From an uncultured Gemmataceae bacterium (lineage in GTDB: Bacteria > Planctomycetota > Planctomycetia > Gemmatales > Gemmataceae), in assembly GCA_963750165.1 (NCBI GenBank), contig CAVVPN010000011.1, positions 672,001 to 736,000 on the forward strand: DNA of 64,000 nucleotides, in the 5' to 3' direction. A program made the translations under genes and the position numbers. Shown one piece after another: positions 61,502 through 64,000 of this stretch. The first letter of the stretch is position 1. Each line of letters opens with the position of its first letter. The notes under the pieces are model-generated. The model worked only from the letters and a program-made list of their open reading frames with translations. It ran no database searches and was not told the DNA's origin.

Positions 61502-63720
61502 TTAGTAGTCCTTGGGTAGAACCATGTGAACCTGGAACAGCCGCTGTGCCGGGGTCACCGGCGGATTGGGAACCAACACTTCATTCGGCAGAAAGGTGTT
61601 TTGATTGCCGAAATTGCCGGTCTGCACGGCCGGATGAATGCTCAGCGTTTCCACCAGGCCGCGGCTGGCGCAGGCTGCTTCGGTGGCCGTGTTCAGGACG
61701 TAAGGTCGAATGAGGATCACGAGTTCGCTGCGCGTGCGGATGGTTTCCTGCTTGCGAAAAAAAACGCCCAGGTAAGGAATGCGACCCAGGATCGGCACTT
61801 CCGACCGCGAATCAAGCACCCCTTCCTGAATCAGACCGCCCACCGCGATCATCAAACCGTCGTGGGCAATGAAGGTGCCGGTCAAGGTTTGACTCTGGAC
61901 GGTGTCCACGGGAACCTGGTTGATGACTGCGCCATCCGCGCTCGGCAGCGGGATGGTCGCCCCGTTGTGGGTAACCGTGGAGTTTTGTTGCTGGATACGC
62001 AGCGTGACGGAGCGGTCGGCGTTGATGCTGGGCGTGATCAGCAGGGTGGTGCCGATCTGTTGCAGGGTGGTGATCGGCGTCGGCACGACGGTGATCGCAT
62101 TGGTGGTCGTCGCGGTCGTTTGCGCCGGGTTGAAGCCGATGGTGATGGGGATTTGCGAGCCGGTAAAAATTTGGCTGACTTCGTTGTTCGCGGTCATGAG
62201 CAGCGGCGTCGCCAGTTGCGTGATGCGGCCCTTGTCTTCGAGCAGTTGCAGCGCGCGCGGAAGTTGGCGCTGACCAGCTGGAATAGAAAATTGGGGCTGG
62301 GCGGCGTGTTCAATGGACCCGGTGCAATGGTGGCGTAACGGCGCTGGCTGGCCGGGAGCTGGTCGGCGAACGGCGGCAGGATGTTGCCACTCGTGGCGGC
62401 GTTGGGGACGAAGCCAAGCGCCAGCAGGTGGCCGTCAGTGATCTGGAAATCGAAACTCGACGTGAAATCATCCAGGAGATTGATCGACAGGATTTTCACG
62501 TCAAGGAGTACTGCGGGCGTCGGGATGTCGAGCTTGCAAACGAGGTCGTCGATCTGCGCCAGGGCGGTGAGATCACTGGTGCGGATCACGAGTTGGTTGT
62601 TGGTTTTGATCACGGTGACGAAAATGGTGGCGGGTTGCCGGCCCAGTAAATCCAACAACAATTTGTTGCGTTCCGGTCCCTCCTTGCCCGACAGTGCGTT
62701 GTAAAGCTCCTGCATTTCCTCCGGGGTGAGGTTCTGGAGACGCTGTTCGGGTTTGAGCGCTTGTTGGTACAGGTTCTGGGCCTGGAACTGCTGGTTGACG
62801 CCCGTGGGCCCGAGCTGGGCACCAAAACCGCCGGAGAAGCCGCCCCCAAACATGCCGCCACCAAAACCGCCGCCGCCGCCAAAGCCGCCAAGCCCGCCCC
62901 CTCCCAAACCACCAAGTCCCCCTCCGAGTCCGCCCAGCCCGCCGCCCAGGCCGCCGAGTCCGCCGCCCAGTCCGCCAATGCCGGCAATGCCCACGCCCCC
63001 CCCCACCGAAACGCCCAGGCCCCTCGATTGGCTGTGCAACAAGTTATACCGCGAAAAGCTGCTTTGCAGATCGATGAACTGCAAGCTCGGCGGGACACCG
63101 TAACCGAGGCGCACGCGCGGGCCAAACAGGTCGCGGATGGCGGTGGCCACGTTGATCGCGTTGGGATAGAGCAGTGTATAGACGCGGGTCTGATCCTCGC
63201 GGAAGTCGGACAGGTTTTGTTGATTTTCCTTGGCGGTGAAGATGCGCAGGATGCCCGTAGTGGGATCGCGGCGATAAATCAAACCGTTGGCCCGGCAGAG
63301 CGCTTCCACCGCCACGAGGGGCGTCACCCGCTCCAAAAACAACGACACCTTGATTTTGCCTGCTTCCGCGGACGGTACGATGTTGAAGCCGGTTTGCTGG
63401 GACAGCGTGCGCATGGCGTCCTGCAGCGGCAGGTCGCGGAACTCCACGAGGGGGACCATAACCTCGGCCGGATCGACCGCCTTCCCCCCCGGCAGTGTTT
63501 TCGGCATCGGCAACGTATCGACTTTCTGAGCCAGCGCGACGGCGGCAGCCGGAACACCAGGTGCCGGGGTCGGCGACGGTGACGGATCCTGGTAGCCAAT
63601 CTTCACCCTGGGGGGTGAGGGTGGTGTGCCAGGGGCCGCCTTTGTCTGAGCGAAGGACGTTCCCGGCATCCAGGCAAGCCACACGATAACCAGGCCAATT
63701 CGGTTCGGAAGCCTGAACAT
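61502..63720 (-). CDS. Secretin (GspD/PilQ-like), frameshifted near 62251
   Basis: LQDAMRTLSQQTGFNIV, KLDIPTPAVLLDVKI, GTTLLITPSIN, VGGLI..VPILGRIPYLGVFFR..SELVILIRP. Confidence 0.9.
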
Positions 63721-64000
63721 GGGAATCCTTTCTCATGGGGGCGTGCGATCTTGCTGCCGAGGTCCTGTTACCTTTGCGCGAAGAGTAAATCCCCGATTGG
63801 GAATACTAAGGCAACGTTTCAAAATTAATCCGCAGTTCCCTTCTACAATAACCCTGGCCCAACCGGGGGCCTGGTTTGGAAGGGAGGCAGAGCCGTGGAC
63901 ATCCACCAATGCCAATGCCCTCACTGCCGACAAGGTGCGGACCACCCCGAACGCGCCCTCCATTACCGGCTCAACCTTCTCCTGAGCCGGTTGGATGAGC

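Overview
High-GC bacterial DNA that looks like a planctomycete (Gemmataceae-like), judging by the DUF1559 prepilin-type gene, DUF4058 paralogs, ECF sigma/Ser-Thr kinase pair and LEPR-XLL-type motif. The left half (1-29.9 kb) has housekeeping and accessory genes (trmL, ftsK, Hsp70-like, cytochrome c peroxidase, phosphohexomutase, acyl-CoA dehydrogenase). It also has a 19.7-25.5 kb accessory patch with two attC-like sites but no integron integrase, a MITE with an IS5 nested inside it that splits a cassette gene, two toxin-antitoxin pairs, and repeated copies of the phosphohexomutase 3' end. The right half is a ~29.8 kb island integrated in tRNA-Ser(GCT), bounded by a 59-bp direct repeat (29945-30003 / 59764-59822). 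Its backbone is a tyrosine integrase, AlpA and PrimPol-DUF3987. Its cargo is a ~4000-aa SBBP/RHS/Hint polymorphic toxin with a papain-like Cys-His-Asp tip and an adjacent immunity candidate, flanked by a 2109-aa four-glycosyltransferase/TPR/methyltransferase fusion, a GT2 and a MidA-like methyltransferase-TPR gene. I infer a possible toxin-plus-modification system. A secretin operon begins beyond attR. Several single-base frameshifts may be sequencing errors. All family calls are by motif recognition, with no searches run.
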